A stretch of DNA of 64,000 bases, taken from positions 512,001-576,000 of the forward strand of contig CAWGKG010000014.1 in the NCBI GenBank assembly GCA_963823035.1. Reading direction: 5' to 3'. The DNA is from an uncultured Gemmatimonadales bacterium. GTDB taxonomy: Bacteria > Gemmatimonadota > Gemmatimonadetes > Longimicrobiales > Gaopeijiaceae. Both the position numbers and the translations under genes were made by a program. Below are positions 8,537-17,655 of this stretch, in pieces; within the stretch, counting starts at the first letter, position 1; every line of letters starts with the position of its first letter. Under the pieces are notes generated by a model. That model was given only the letters and a program-made list of their open reading frames with translations. It was not told the origin of the DNA and searched no databases.

Positions 8537-11178
8537 ACCCGAACCCGGGCGGTCTGCCCATCACGACGGCACAGGCCGACCCGGGTCTCGAGGGCTCGAA
8601 TGCCACACGCCGAGCCCTGCTGGTCCTCTTCTTCCTCTCGGGCGCCTGCGGCCTCGTCTACGAGGTCGTGTGGATGCGGGCGCTCACGCTCGTGTTCGGC
8701 GCGACCGCGTTCGCGACGAGCACCATCCTCGCCGCCTTCTTCACGGGTCTGGCACTCGGGAGCCTGACGTTCGGGAGGATCGCGGACCGCCGCTCGAGCC
8801 CGTTGAAGATCTACGCGTTGCTCGAGGCGGGGATCGGCGTCTTCGCGTTCGCGATGCCGTTTCTGCTGGCGGGGCTGAGCGACGTCTACGTCGACATCGC
8901 CCGCCGCTGGTCGATCGGCTACTACGCGATCAACGCGGTGCGTTTCTCCCTGTCGTTCCTGGTGTTGCTCATCCCCGCCACCCTCATGGGCGGCACCCTC
9001 CCGGTGGTCGTGAAGTTCTTCGCGCGGGAGGATGGGCGGCTGGGCCGTGACATCGGCTGGCTCTACGCGGTCAACACCTTCGGCGCCGTGGTGGGGACGT
9101 TCCTCGCCGGGTTCCTCCTGATCCTCCTCCTGGGCGTGCGGGAGACCGCCTGGGCGGCGGGCGCCCTGAACTTCCTCGTGGCGGCCGCCGTGTGGGCACT
9201 CGCCCGCCGGGAGGCACGCCGGCCCGCGCCATCCGTCGCGGTCACGGACGCGGACGCCACCGCTGAAGGGGAGGAGCAGCTCCCCCGCATCTCGTCCCAC
9301 GTGGCCCGGCTGGCGCTCTGGACGGCAGGGATCTCCGGGTTCTGCGCACTGGCGCTCGAGGTGTTGTGGACGCGTTCGCTCGTCTTCTTCCTCGACAACT
9401 CCACGCACGCCTTCAGCACGATCCTCACCGCGTTCCTGATCGGCATCGCGCTGGGCAGCGCGGTGGTGGCCCGGTGGATCGACCGCGGCGCGCGGCTGCT
9501 CACCGGGCTCGGGGTGCTGCAGGTGATGGTCGGCGTCTCCGCCGTGCTCGCCATGCCGGTGCTCAACCACACCAGCCCCGTCCTCGAGCGGATGACCGAT
9601 GTGACGCCCGACGCGCTGCTCTACTGGAAGTGGACGGGGATGCGCTTCGTCACGAGCCTCTCGGTCATGCTCGTGCCCACCGTCCTCATGGGGATGGCGT
9701 TCCCCCTCGCCGCGAGGATCCATGCCCGCCGCGTCGCGTCGGTCGGGACGGCGCTCGGGAACGTGTACTCCCTCAATACCTTCGCGGGCGTGGTCGGGTC
9801 GGTCGCGGCCGGCTTCGTGCTCATCCCCCTCCTCGGGATGCGCGCGAGCATCCTCCTGGTGGCGGCGATCAGCGTCGCCCTCGGCGCCGTGCTCATCCTG
9901 TCGGATCCGGCGGCCACGAGGCCCGGGCGGATGCGGACGCTCGGCGCCATGGGCGTCGTTACGGCGGCGGTCGGCGCGCTCTACCTCTCCATCGGGAAGG
10001 AGCCCCTCACCTCCTACATCGAGCGGATGGACGCCGACACCGTGCTCGCCTACCACGAGGACATCGGCGCCACCGTCAAGGTCTTCGCCGACACCCTCGG
10101 TCAGAAGTACGTGAGCATCGACGGGTTCCCGGTGGCGGGCACGTCGCTCGGCCTCCTGGACGCCCAGAAATCGCTGTCGGCCCTGCCCATGCTGCTCACC
10201 CCGGTCGACTCGCCGCGCGTGAACATCGTCGGCTTCGGCGCGGGCGGTACGTCGTGGGGCATTCTCCAGTACGGCGTGGAGAAGATCGACTGCGTGGAGC
10301 TGGTGCCCGCGGTGCTCGAGGCGGCCGTCTGGTTCCCCGAAGTGAACCACGGCGTGATCGGCCAACCGCGCTACAACGTCATCCGTGGCGACGGCCGCAA
10401 CTACGCCCTGGTCTCGGACGAGACCTACGACGTCATCTCGATCGACGCGACGTCCCCCAAGATGGCGGGCAACGGAAGCCTGTACGCGCTCGAGTTCTAC
10501 GAGCTGCTCGACCAGCGCCTCTCGGACCAGGGGCTGGTGGCGCAGTGGCTGCCCTTCCACCTCCTGTCGGACGCCGAGATGCGCATGACGGCCGCCACCT
10601 TCCAGGCGGTCTTCCCGCACTCGACGCTCTGGTTCTCGCCGATCCGACACCACGCCGTGCTCATCGGCACGAAGCAGCCGCTCCGCATCGACTACGGGCG
10701 GCTGGAGCGGAGGCTCGAGATGGAGGGTGTGCGGGCCGAGTTGCGTCCCATGAACGTGACGTCCGCCTTCGACGTCCTCGGGTGGTTCGCGATGGGGGAG
10801 GAAGCGCTGCGGGCCTACACGGAGGGCGCGCGGATCAACACCGACGACCACCCCTACCTCGAGTTCGCGCCCGCAATGGCGTACTTCGTGTCCAGGAGCT
10901 ACCTGGTGCGGAACCTCCTGAACATCCGGGAGTCGCGAGAGAGCCCCCTTCCGCTCCTGGTGGACACCGGCGCCACGGAAGCGGAAACGGCCGAGGTGGC
11001 CGAGGCGGTGCTCCGTCGATTCCAGGCGACGCAGTACAGCATCGCCGGCGACGCCTACTACTTCGCCGGGCAGACCGAGGAGGCCCTCCGCCAGTACGAT
11101 CGGGCGCTCGCCACGGATCCGCGCGAGAAGAACTGGCTGCACCCGGCCTGGGCGGGCGTCACGCGGGTCCTCCGCTAG
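8533..11178 (+). CDS. Fused multi-TM / spermidine-synthase-like SAM-dependent transferase with C-terminal TPR
   Basis: FFLSGACGLVYEVVW and duplicated LYAVNTFG/YSLNTFAG TM repeats; GFGAGGT, VELVPAV, GDGRNY, YDVISID, QWLP, NTDDHPYLEF. Confidence 0.88.
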   Translation: MNPNPGGLPITTAQADPGLEGSNATRRALLVLFFLSGACGLVYEVVWMRALTLVFGATAFATSTILAAFFTGLALGSLTFGRIADRRSSPLKIYALLEAGIGVFAFAMPFLLAGLSDVYVDIARRWSIGYYAINAVRFSLSFLVLLIPATLMGGTLPVVVKFFAREDGRLGRDIGWLYAVNTFGAVVGTFLAGFLLILLLGVRETAWAAGALNFLVAAAVWALARREARRPAPSVAVTDADATAEGEEQLPRISSHVARLALWTAGISGFCALALEVLWTRSLVFFLDNSTHAFSTILTAFLIGIALGSAVVARWIDRGARLLTGLGVLQVMVGVSAVLAMPVLNHTSPVLERMTDVTPDALLYWKWTGMRFVTSLSVMLVPTVLMGMAFPLAARIHARRVASVGTALGNVYSLNTFAGVVGSVAAGFVLIPLLGMRASILLVAAISVALGAVLILSDPAATRPGRMRTLGAMGVVTAAVGALYLSIGKEPLTSYIERMDADTVLAYHEDIGATVKVFADTLGQKYVSIDGFPVAGTSLGLLDAQKSLSALPMLLTPVDSPRVNIVGFGAGGTSWGILQYGVEKIDCVELVPAVLEAAVWFPEVNHGVIGQPRYNVIRGDGRNYALVSDETYDVISIDATSPKMAGNGSLYALEFYELLDQRLSDQGLVAQWLPFHLLSDAEMRMTAATFQAVFPHSTLWFSPIRHHAVLIGTKQPLRIDYGRLERRLEMEGVRAELRPMNVTSAFDVLGWFAMGEEALRAYTEGARINTDDHPYLEFAPAMAYFVSRSYLVRNLLNIRESRESPLPLLVDTGATEAETAEVAEAVLRRFQATQYSIAGDAYYFAGQTEEALRQYDRALATDPREKNWLHPAWAGVTRVLR

Positions 11179-11198
11179 AAGGACGAGGCAGGCCTCTC

Positions 11199-12996
11199 CT
11201 ACCCTGCCTTGCGCACCTCCCGCCCGGGCTTGATCCCGGTGATCCCCCACTGCAGACGGTCCAGACCCTGCCGCGAGAGCCCGCCACGCAGGTCGACCCA
11301 GGTCACCTGCCGGAGGAAGAGCGGCAGCTTCGGCTGCGCAGACGCGCCGGGGAGGAGCACGGGGATCACCGGCATGCGCCGCGCGACGCACTGATCGAGA
11401 CACGCTCGCATCTCGGGCTCCTCCCACGGGCCGATGCCGTCCTTCCCGATGAGCACGGCCGCGCTCGTCACGGTCTCGATCACCTCTTCGATGGCCTTCT
11501 GCCACGGCCGGCCGGGCACCAGCTCCCACTGGTCGAGCCAGACGCGCACGCCCCGCTCGCGAAGGGCCTCGCCCAGCTCGATCACCGCCGGCTTGTCCAT
11601 CGAGTTGTGGCTGAGGAAGACGTCGAAGGGCGTGGACACCGCGGCCCCGGCGGTCACCGGTCGACCCACGATGGTCGGCGTCGCCGCCGCCCGCCGCGCC
11701 CTCGCCCTTCCCTGCTGCAGGCGCGCACCTCCGGCCAGGACGCCCACCATCCCCCACAGGGCGACGAGTGGATAGCTGACGTCGATCCAGATCAGGCCCG
11801 CGCGCATCGCGAGCGCCGCGGAGGCCAGCACCGCCACGGAGAGGATCGCGGCCACGAGCAACAGCGGACGCAGCCCTCCGCCCCGTGCCTGGACGAGCGT
11901 CAGCAGCCAGCACAGCGCGAAGATCACAGGGAGCAGCCAGCGCGTGTCCACCCGCCGGATGACATGGTCGGTGCGCAGGCCCTGCGCGGCGTACGCCTGG
12001 ATCAGGACCCCGGGGAGCGGTCCGTAGGGCGTGGCGCGCACGTCGCCCTCACGGTCCGACCCGACGATGACGAAGCGGTCGCGGAAGATCGCCGACGCCG
12101 CCTCGTCCGGCACACCCTGGAGGATGGGGGGCCGCGTCTCGGGCGCGACGTACTGCACGAGACCCACGCGCGGCAGCCCCCCGTCTCCCCGGGCGAGCAG
12201 CGACGCGATCCGCCAGCTGAACGAGCGCAGCGTCGTGTCCGCGAGGTGGGAGGTGGGCACCATGCGGACCTCGCCGTCCGCCTCCTCGAGGCCCGTCAGC
12301 GTGCCCTGGCGCTCGGTGAGGGACGCACCCTCGGATCTCGGGCGCGAGGGGAACGCGCACGGGCGAGCCGTCGCGGTCCTCGACCCTGTAGCCGAGCACG
12401 ACGGGAACGCCGGCCGCTTCCGCCTGGTCGATCCGCGCGCACAGGATCCGATCGACGCGTGAGCTGTCCTGGAGCGTGTAGTCGAACGCGATCCCCTTCG
12501 CCTGCTGCGCCACCGCGCGGGCGATGAGGCCGGCCTCGGTGAGCCTGGCCTCGTCGTACGAGTCGCCGGCGAAGGAGGGGAGCGTCACCAGCACCACGTC
12601 CCTCATCGGCGGCGCGGGGACCGCGAGTCGGTAGTGCCAATCGCCGAGTCCGTTCACGCCATGCACGTTCGAGGGCGCCTCGTCCTCGAAGCCCGAGAGG
12701 GTCACCCGCTGGCCCTCCAGGACGCGCGTGCCCTCGGCCACGGCGAACAGCAGGCAGTACGTCACGAAGAACGGGAGGAACCCCCCGCCCAGGAGGAGCC
12801 TGCGGTGGCGGACGAGAGGGTAGCCGAGCACCGCCGCCACCACGAGGAGCGGCGCCAGGAGGAGGGCCACCGCGAGGGGTCGCTCGGAGAAGGTGCCGAC
12901 GGCGCCGACGAGGAAGTACGCGGCCAGCAGGACGGGGACGCAGGCCAGGAGGATCCGGAGCTGCTCGCGCCGGATCGCGGCGCCGGGATCGCTCAA
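11199..12996 (-). CDS. Membrane receptor: N-terminal TMs, CHASE2-like extracytoplasmic domain, 3 TMs, C-terminal TIR domain (frameshift ~12310)
   Basis: CHASE2 hallmarks DVVLVTL, AKGIAFDY, DGEVR, FRDRFVIVGS, ATPYGPLPGVLIQA; TIR_2 hallmarks FDVFLSHNSMDK, VWLDQWELVPG, GPWEEPE, VIPVLLP; TTG start 1 nt after upstream stop. Confidence 0.8.
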
Positions 12997-12997
12997 G

Positions 12998-14185
12998 TCA
13001 GTCCTGCCGTCCGAGCAGCGCACCCAGCTCGGCGAGCTCCGCCGCGGACAGCGCGTCGCCCCTGCCGTGGAGGACCAGCGCGCGGCTGACGTGAGCGCGC
13101 ACCTGGTCGTCGTCGCCGCGCAGCGCGTAGGCCTTCGCGAGCGCGTAGTGGTCACGCGCGTGTGCGTAGCCCGACGCAACCCTCGCCTCGAGGTGCGCGA
13201 TCGCCTCGTCCACGCGGCCGGTGGCGATGAGGCGCAGATCACCGTCCGTGGTGGGCGCCGCCGGCGCGACCGCGTCGGTCGCCACGCGCATGTCGGGGCG
13301 CGCGCGCGTGATCGCCGTGACCTGGGCGCCGGTCAGGCCGGGTCGCGCGGTGACGACGGAGGGATCGATCCGGTACCGGCGCAACTGGGCCTCGTCGCGC
13401 ACGTTCACGCGCCGGAGGTTGTACATGGCCCGGTCGTTCATGTCGTAGCGGATCTGCTCCTTCGCCAGGGCCACGCGCTTCGCCGTGTCTGCGGGGTGGG
13501 CGAGCACTTCCATGTGCAGCGCGGTAAGCGCACGGAGCGTCGCGGCCGTGTCCTGCACCGCAGCGCCCCGCGTGGTGGCCGCCGCGAGATCGAAGCGCGC
13601 GTAGGTCGTCGCCGAGCGCGCCAGGTCCCGCGGCGTGTTCGCGTGTAGCGTGACGCTCTGGAGTCCACTCCATACCAGCTTCTGTCCGGCCGCCGCCGTG
13701 ACGCTCGGGTTGGAGAGCACGCGCACGGACTCGTCGTACACGTAGCAGTTGAACACGAGCGCGTTTCCGCGGCGGCGGAGCTCCACGGCGTACTGCGTGC
13801 CGGTGCTTCCCAGCGTGACGCCTCCGGCCGACGTCTCCGTCGGGGCTTCCGCCACCACCTCCGTGAGCCCCGAGAGGAGGTTCACGTGACAGCTGGCCGT
13901 GGTCGGCACGTCGATGAGGACCCGGAAGGGCGCGTCGACCAGGTAGGTGTTCGTCCCCTCGGGCGCGCTGCAGGTCAGGCTGACGGAAACGTCCTCCGCC
14001 TCGGCCACCAGGAGGTCGCCCGGCTCGAGCTCCATCCCGACGGCGGCCGCCTCGGGTCGGTCGGCACCGAGCCGATGCACCGCGACATCCGCCGCAGCCG
14101 GCAGGATCGCTTCCACGCGGGCCTGCGCAGCGACCGAAGCCGGAAGCAGGCCCACGAGGCAGCAGATGGGGGCCCAGCCGCGCAT
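12998..14185 (-). CDS. Secreted FecR-like beta domain plus C-terminal TPR-like helices
   Basis: Signal peptide; GMELEPGDLL, LLSG, GSTGTQYAV, YVYDESVRV resemble the FecR domain; helical C-terminus VDEAIAHLE...YALAKAYALRG. Confidence 0.6.
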   Translation of the reverse strand: MRGWAPICCLVGLLPASVAAQARVEAILPAAADVAVHRLGADRPEAAAVGMELEPGDLLVAEAEDVSVSLTCSAPEGTNTYLVDAPFRVLIDVPTTASCHVNLLSGLTEVVAEAPTETSAGGVTLGSTGTQYAVELRRRGNALVFNCYVYDESVRVLSNPSVTAAAGQKLVWSGLQSVTLHANTPRDLARSATTYARFDLAAATTRGAAVQDTAATLRALTALHMEVLAHPADTAKRVALAKEQIRYDMNDRAMYNLRRVNVRDEAQLRRYRIDPSVVTARPGLTGAQVTAITRARPDMRVATDAVAPAAPTTDGDLRLIATGRVDEAIAHLEARVASGYAHARDHYALAKAYALRGDDDQVRAHVSRALVLHGRGDALSAAELAELGALLGRQD

Positions 14186-14389
14186 GGTGATCTCCTTCTC
14201 GACGGCCGTGCCTGGGGGGGCGACTCCAACCTTGAGCCGGCCCGCGCGCCGTGCAAGGCGCGCGTGCGGAAGGCGCATATCGGCGTGCTGCGGATCACTC
14301 TGCCGGGCCCCTCGATGAGCGTCAGCTCCCTCCGACCTCCGGTACGTACAGCTCCCCGCCCTTCTCCAGGAACTCGTCGGCCTTCGCGC

Positions 14390-15370
14390 CTAAGACGAGC
14401 CGTTCAGGCCGTCGCGCACCCAGGCCTCGACCTCGCGTACGAGCCCCTCGAAATCCCCCAGGAATCCCGCGCCCCGGGAGGGAGCGCCTGCAGGCAGACG
14501 CACCTGCGCCTGGCGGAGCTGACGGCGAGATTCATCGAGGAGGTCGCGTGCGCGGCTGCTCGCCACGTAGTCGCTCCAGCCTTCCCGCTCGGCGGTGTTC
14601 GCCCATTCCACCACGTGGGCGAGGAGGGCGAACACGGCCGCCCAGAACCGCCACTGCGGAAGGAACTGCCCCGCCGCTTGGGCCTCGCGGTCGGTCCGGG
14701 GCGTGTACAGCACCCGGCCCCATGCCTCCGGGTCCGCGTAGAACGACGAAGGACGGCCCTCGATCTCGTGGATGAAGCCCGCCAGGGTCATCTCCTCCGT
14801 GGCGGTCCGCAGCGCCCGCTCGGTGTAGGCCGTCGCTGCAGCGATCAACTTCAGGTCGGCCGGCGCGCCCGCAAGACCGATGAGCAGGGACAGCAGGTCG
14901 GCCTTCGCGTTGACACCGAACCCCGCGCGGAGCCGCAGCGTCAACGCGGGTCCCTCGACGAGCCGGAGCGCACCGATCGGCTTGATCCGCGGCGTGTACC
15001 CGTCGTCCAGGGGAGTGTCCCCCAGGCGCTTCCATCGCCTGTCCCCGCCGGCGACGGCGGGGCGAGCGAAGAGGCCGATCCGTTCCTGGACGGGTCGCGG
15101 GAATCGGGACGCCAACGTCCGCATCCGCTGCAGGCTCATCAGGTGCGAGGCGTCCGTGGCCCACGAGGCGACCACGTCGTCCAGCCGGCGCTCGCGGTGC
15201 CCCACGGCGAGCGAGGCGAGGACCAGCGCTTCGGGGTCCACGAGGGTCCAGGCGCGCCGACCCTCCGCAGGTAGGGCCGTGGCCGTCAACGCCGACCACT
15301 GCGCCCAGGCAGCATCGACGAGGGTGGCCTCGGCCGCTTCTCCGAGGCTAAGAACGGTCTCGATCGACAT
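14390..15370 (-). CDS. Hypothetical protein with a wHTH-like segment; putative antitoxin partner of the adjacent nucleotidyltransferase
   Basis: Overlaps the NTase gene end; segment KADLLSLL...LKLIAAATAYTERALRTATEEMTLAGFI resembles a winged helix. Confidence 0.55.
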   Translation of the reverse strand: MSIETVLSLGEAAEATLVDAAWAQWSALTATALPAEGRRAWTLVDPEALVLASLAVGHRERRLDDVVASWATDASHLMSLQRMRTLASRFPRPVQERIGLFARPAVAGGDRRWKRLGDTPLDDGYTPRIKPIGALRLVEGPALTLRLRAGFGVNAKADLLSLLIGLAGAPADLKLIAAATAYTERALRTATEEMTLAGFIHEIEGRPSSFYADPEAWGRVLYTPRTDREAQAAGQFLPQWRFWAAVFALLAHVVEWANTAEREGWSDYVASSRARDLLDESRRQLRQAQVRLPAGAPSRGAGFLGDFEGLVREVEAWVRDGLNGSS

Positions 15371-15941
15371 GGCGGATCACGTCCTGGACGATGGAGCTCC
15401 ACTCGGGTGCCGCATCCTGGGCGCGAACCCACTCGGCCGCCGACTCCAGCTCGGCGGAGGTGGGCGAGAGCGCCCTGAGATCCTGGAGATGCACGCTCAG
15501 GCGACCTCCGTCCGCCGCCGCGAAGAGCTTCAGCGCGATCAGCGTCCGCCGCCCCACGAGGCCGACGTCCAGCCCTCCGCCGTAGTTCCGCCACGTGGTG
15601 TCTTCGAGCAAGCCGGGGGGAAGCCCGGTCGCCCACTGGGCCTCGACGGCAGCGTTCATCCAGTCCTCGCTCAAACCGAAGTCCCGTGCCACCGTCCGGA
15701 TCCCGCGGGTCAGACCCGGCGGGAAGGGCTCAGCGCGCTCCAGCCGGAGCGCTCCATCCTCGTCGCGAGAGGCGCGGGCGATGACGCCCACGTCGTTCGT
15801 GGCTCGCCGCACCACGCCCAGGAGATTCAGCGTCGCCCCGCCGACCACCACGACAGCCGCCGGCTCGTCGGCGGCTGCGAGGAGCTCGCCCAGCGCTCGG
15901 AGGGCGGCTTCCAGCTCTTCGGCGTGGAACTCGATGTCCAT
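15348..15941 (-). CDS. DUF6036/AbiEii-like nucleotidyltransferase (putative type IV TA toxin)
   Basis: VVVVGGATL...RATNDVGV, LSEDWMN, LIALKLFAA, HLQDL motifs. Confidence 0.75.
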   Translation of the reverse strand: MDIEFHAEELEAALRALGELLAAADEPAAVVVVGGATLNLLGVVRRATNDVGVIARASRDEDGALRLERAEPFPPGLTRGIRTVARDFGLSEDWMNAAVEAQWATGLPPGLLEDTTWRNYGGGLDVGLVGRRTLIALKLFAAADGGRLSVHLQDLRALSPTSAELESAAEWVRAQDAAPEWSSIVQDVIRHVDRDRS

Positions 15942-15980
15942 GGAAGTTTACCTTCTGTTATTCGGAAGATATACTTCCAT
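15940..15980. promoter_or_regulatory. Imperfect 16-bp inverted repeat at the NTase start (autoregulatory operator candidate)
   Basis: ATGGAAGTTTACCTTC ... GAAGATATACTTCCAT, 14/16 paired, AT-rich. Confidence 0.6.
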
Positions 15981-16034
15981 TCTTGCCCACGCACCCGGTT
16001 TCGTCAAGTGCCGTGGGCCCCTACGACCCGCGTA

Positions 16035-17655
16035 CTACCACGCCCACCGCACCACCACGCCCCACGCCCCCCGGCTCCCCGTCGGCGCCAGCGGGAAGCT
16101 CACCTCACTCTCGCGGACGGTGGCCCGATCGTAGCGGGCCTCCAGCGAGACGGCCTGGCCGCCGGGGCTGAGCCAGCGCAGCGTCACCAGCCCGGAGAGC
16201 GTGCGCGACGCCATGGCCAGGTAGGAGAGCTCGGGGCCGATCCAGTCCCGGTAGCCCGCGCCGCGCTTCGTGGGGTCGGGGATCCCCCCGGAGGGCGTGT
16301 ACCACGCCAGCCCCGCGCCGGCACCGAGGGCGAATCGGTCGCTCACCTCCCGGGCCGCCTCGACGGCGAGCCCCGGGCGCCACGCCTTCACGGAGGAGTG
16401 GATGCGCGTGAGACGATCGATGCGGTCCCGGTCCTCCCGGACGACGGAGACGTGCGCGCCGGTCCTCCAGCCGTTCCCCGGATCGAAGCGGAGATCGAGG
16501 GCGCCGTCGAGGACGCTCTCGTCGGCCTCGAAGAGCACGCCTTCCTCCTCGAGCCCGGCCCGCGTCGCGTCGCCGGAGACGCTCGTCCAGCGGAGCATGG
16601 CCACGACGTGCGTTCCGCCGTCCGCCTCTCCCGCCTCCGCGGCCAGGCCGGCCGCGTGGCCCTTGGTGTTCCAGTGGTCGGTGGGCGGGTCGTTCGTGGT
16701 GAGCTGTTCGAACTGGCGCTCGTCGAGCTTGGAGGCCTCCCCGAACGCCACCCAGCGCACGCCGCCCGCCCGTAGCTCCGCGGACAGCGCGGCGGCACCA
16801 CCCTCGCGCTCCACGCGGCGGGCGTAGCCCTGCTTGGAGGCCAGGCGCGTGAGCACGGGCTCGCTGTAGCCCTCGAAGAGGAAGGCGGTGGTCTCGGCCT
16901 GGCGGGTCGAGAGGGAGAGCTGCTGGACCTCGGAGCGCCAGCGTCCGTGCGCCCCCACCGTCAGTCGCCCGGCGGCGAGGTCGCGCGTCACGCCTACCGT
17001 CGCGCCGGAGCGTGAGCCACGCTGGAAGCGCGGGAATCTGCGTGACGCCGGTGCGCGTGTCCCAGCTCTGGTGCCCCAGGCCGAGCCCGATCCCCCAATC
17101 GCCGAGCGTCCAGCCGCCCGCCCCCTCGAGGCGCGCCAGCGTGCGCCCCAGGTCCGTGCCCGACGAGTCGGCGAAGATGTGGGGCGTCATCCCGTAGGGC
17201 TCGCCGATGTCGGCGGGCGCGCCGTCGGCCATGGACGCGCGCTCCACGGTCACGCCGCCCACCACGCCGCCGGACGCGCCCAGGGGCCGCCACCCCGATG
17301 CGGAGGCGAGCAGGCTTCCCGCCCGTCCGGGGTCGAGGGGCCGCTTGAACACACCGCTCTCTCCGCGGGCGGCGCCCCGGAACTCCGTGTGCGCGTCGGC
17401 GGCGTCGCGGGCGAGCGTCGCCGGGTTCCCGGCGGTCCACGCGAGCCCGACGCGGGGCGCGGGCGTGAGCGTCACCAGCGGGAAGACGGGCACGGGCGCG
17501 GCAGGCCGCACCAGGTCGGCCACAGGGGCGAGGGGGCTCCATTGCCGCCACCACGCGTCGTCCGGCTGCGCGGGGGTCTGCGCTGCCACGGGCGCGGCCC
17601 ACGTCGCGGACGCGAGCACGAGGAGCACCGTCCATCCTCCCCGCGCGCCGGTCAC
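16035..17655 (-). CDS. Outer-membrane beta-barrel-like protein, DUF6850-like (frameshift ~17032)
   Basis: GTG overlapping the TBDR stop; signal peptide; AGNPATL; alternating aromatic strands; C-terminal VRWAW; extra C in ATTCCCGCG. Confidence 0.65.

Noticed and set aside
8218..11913. 1231-aa minus-strand ORF
   Set aside because: Antisense shadow of the spermidine-synthase-like gene; low-complexity Arg/Gly/Ala
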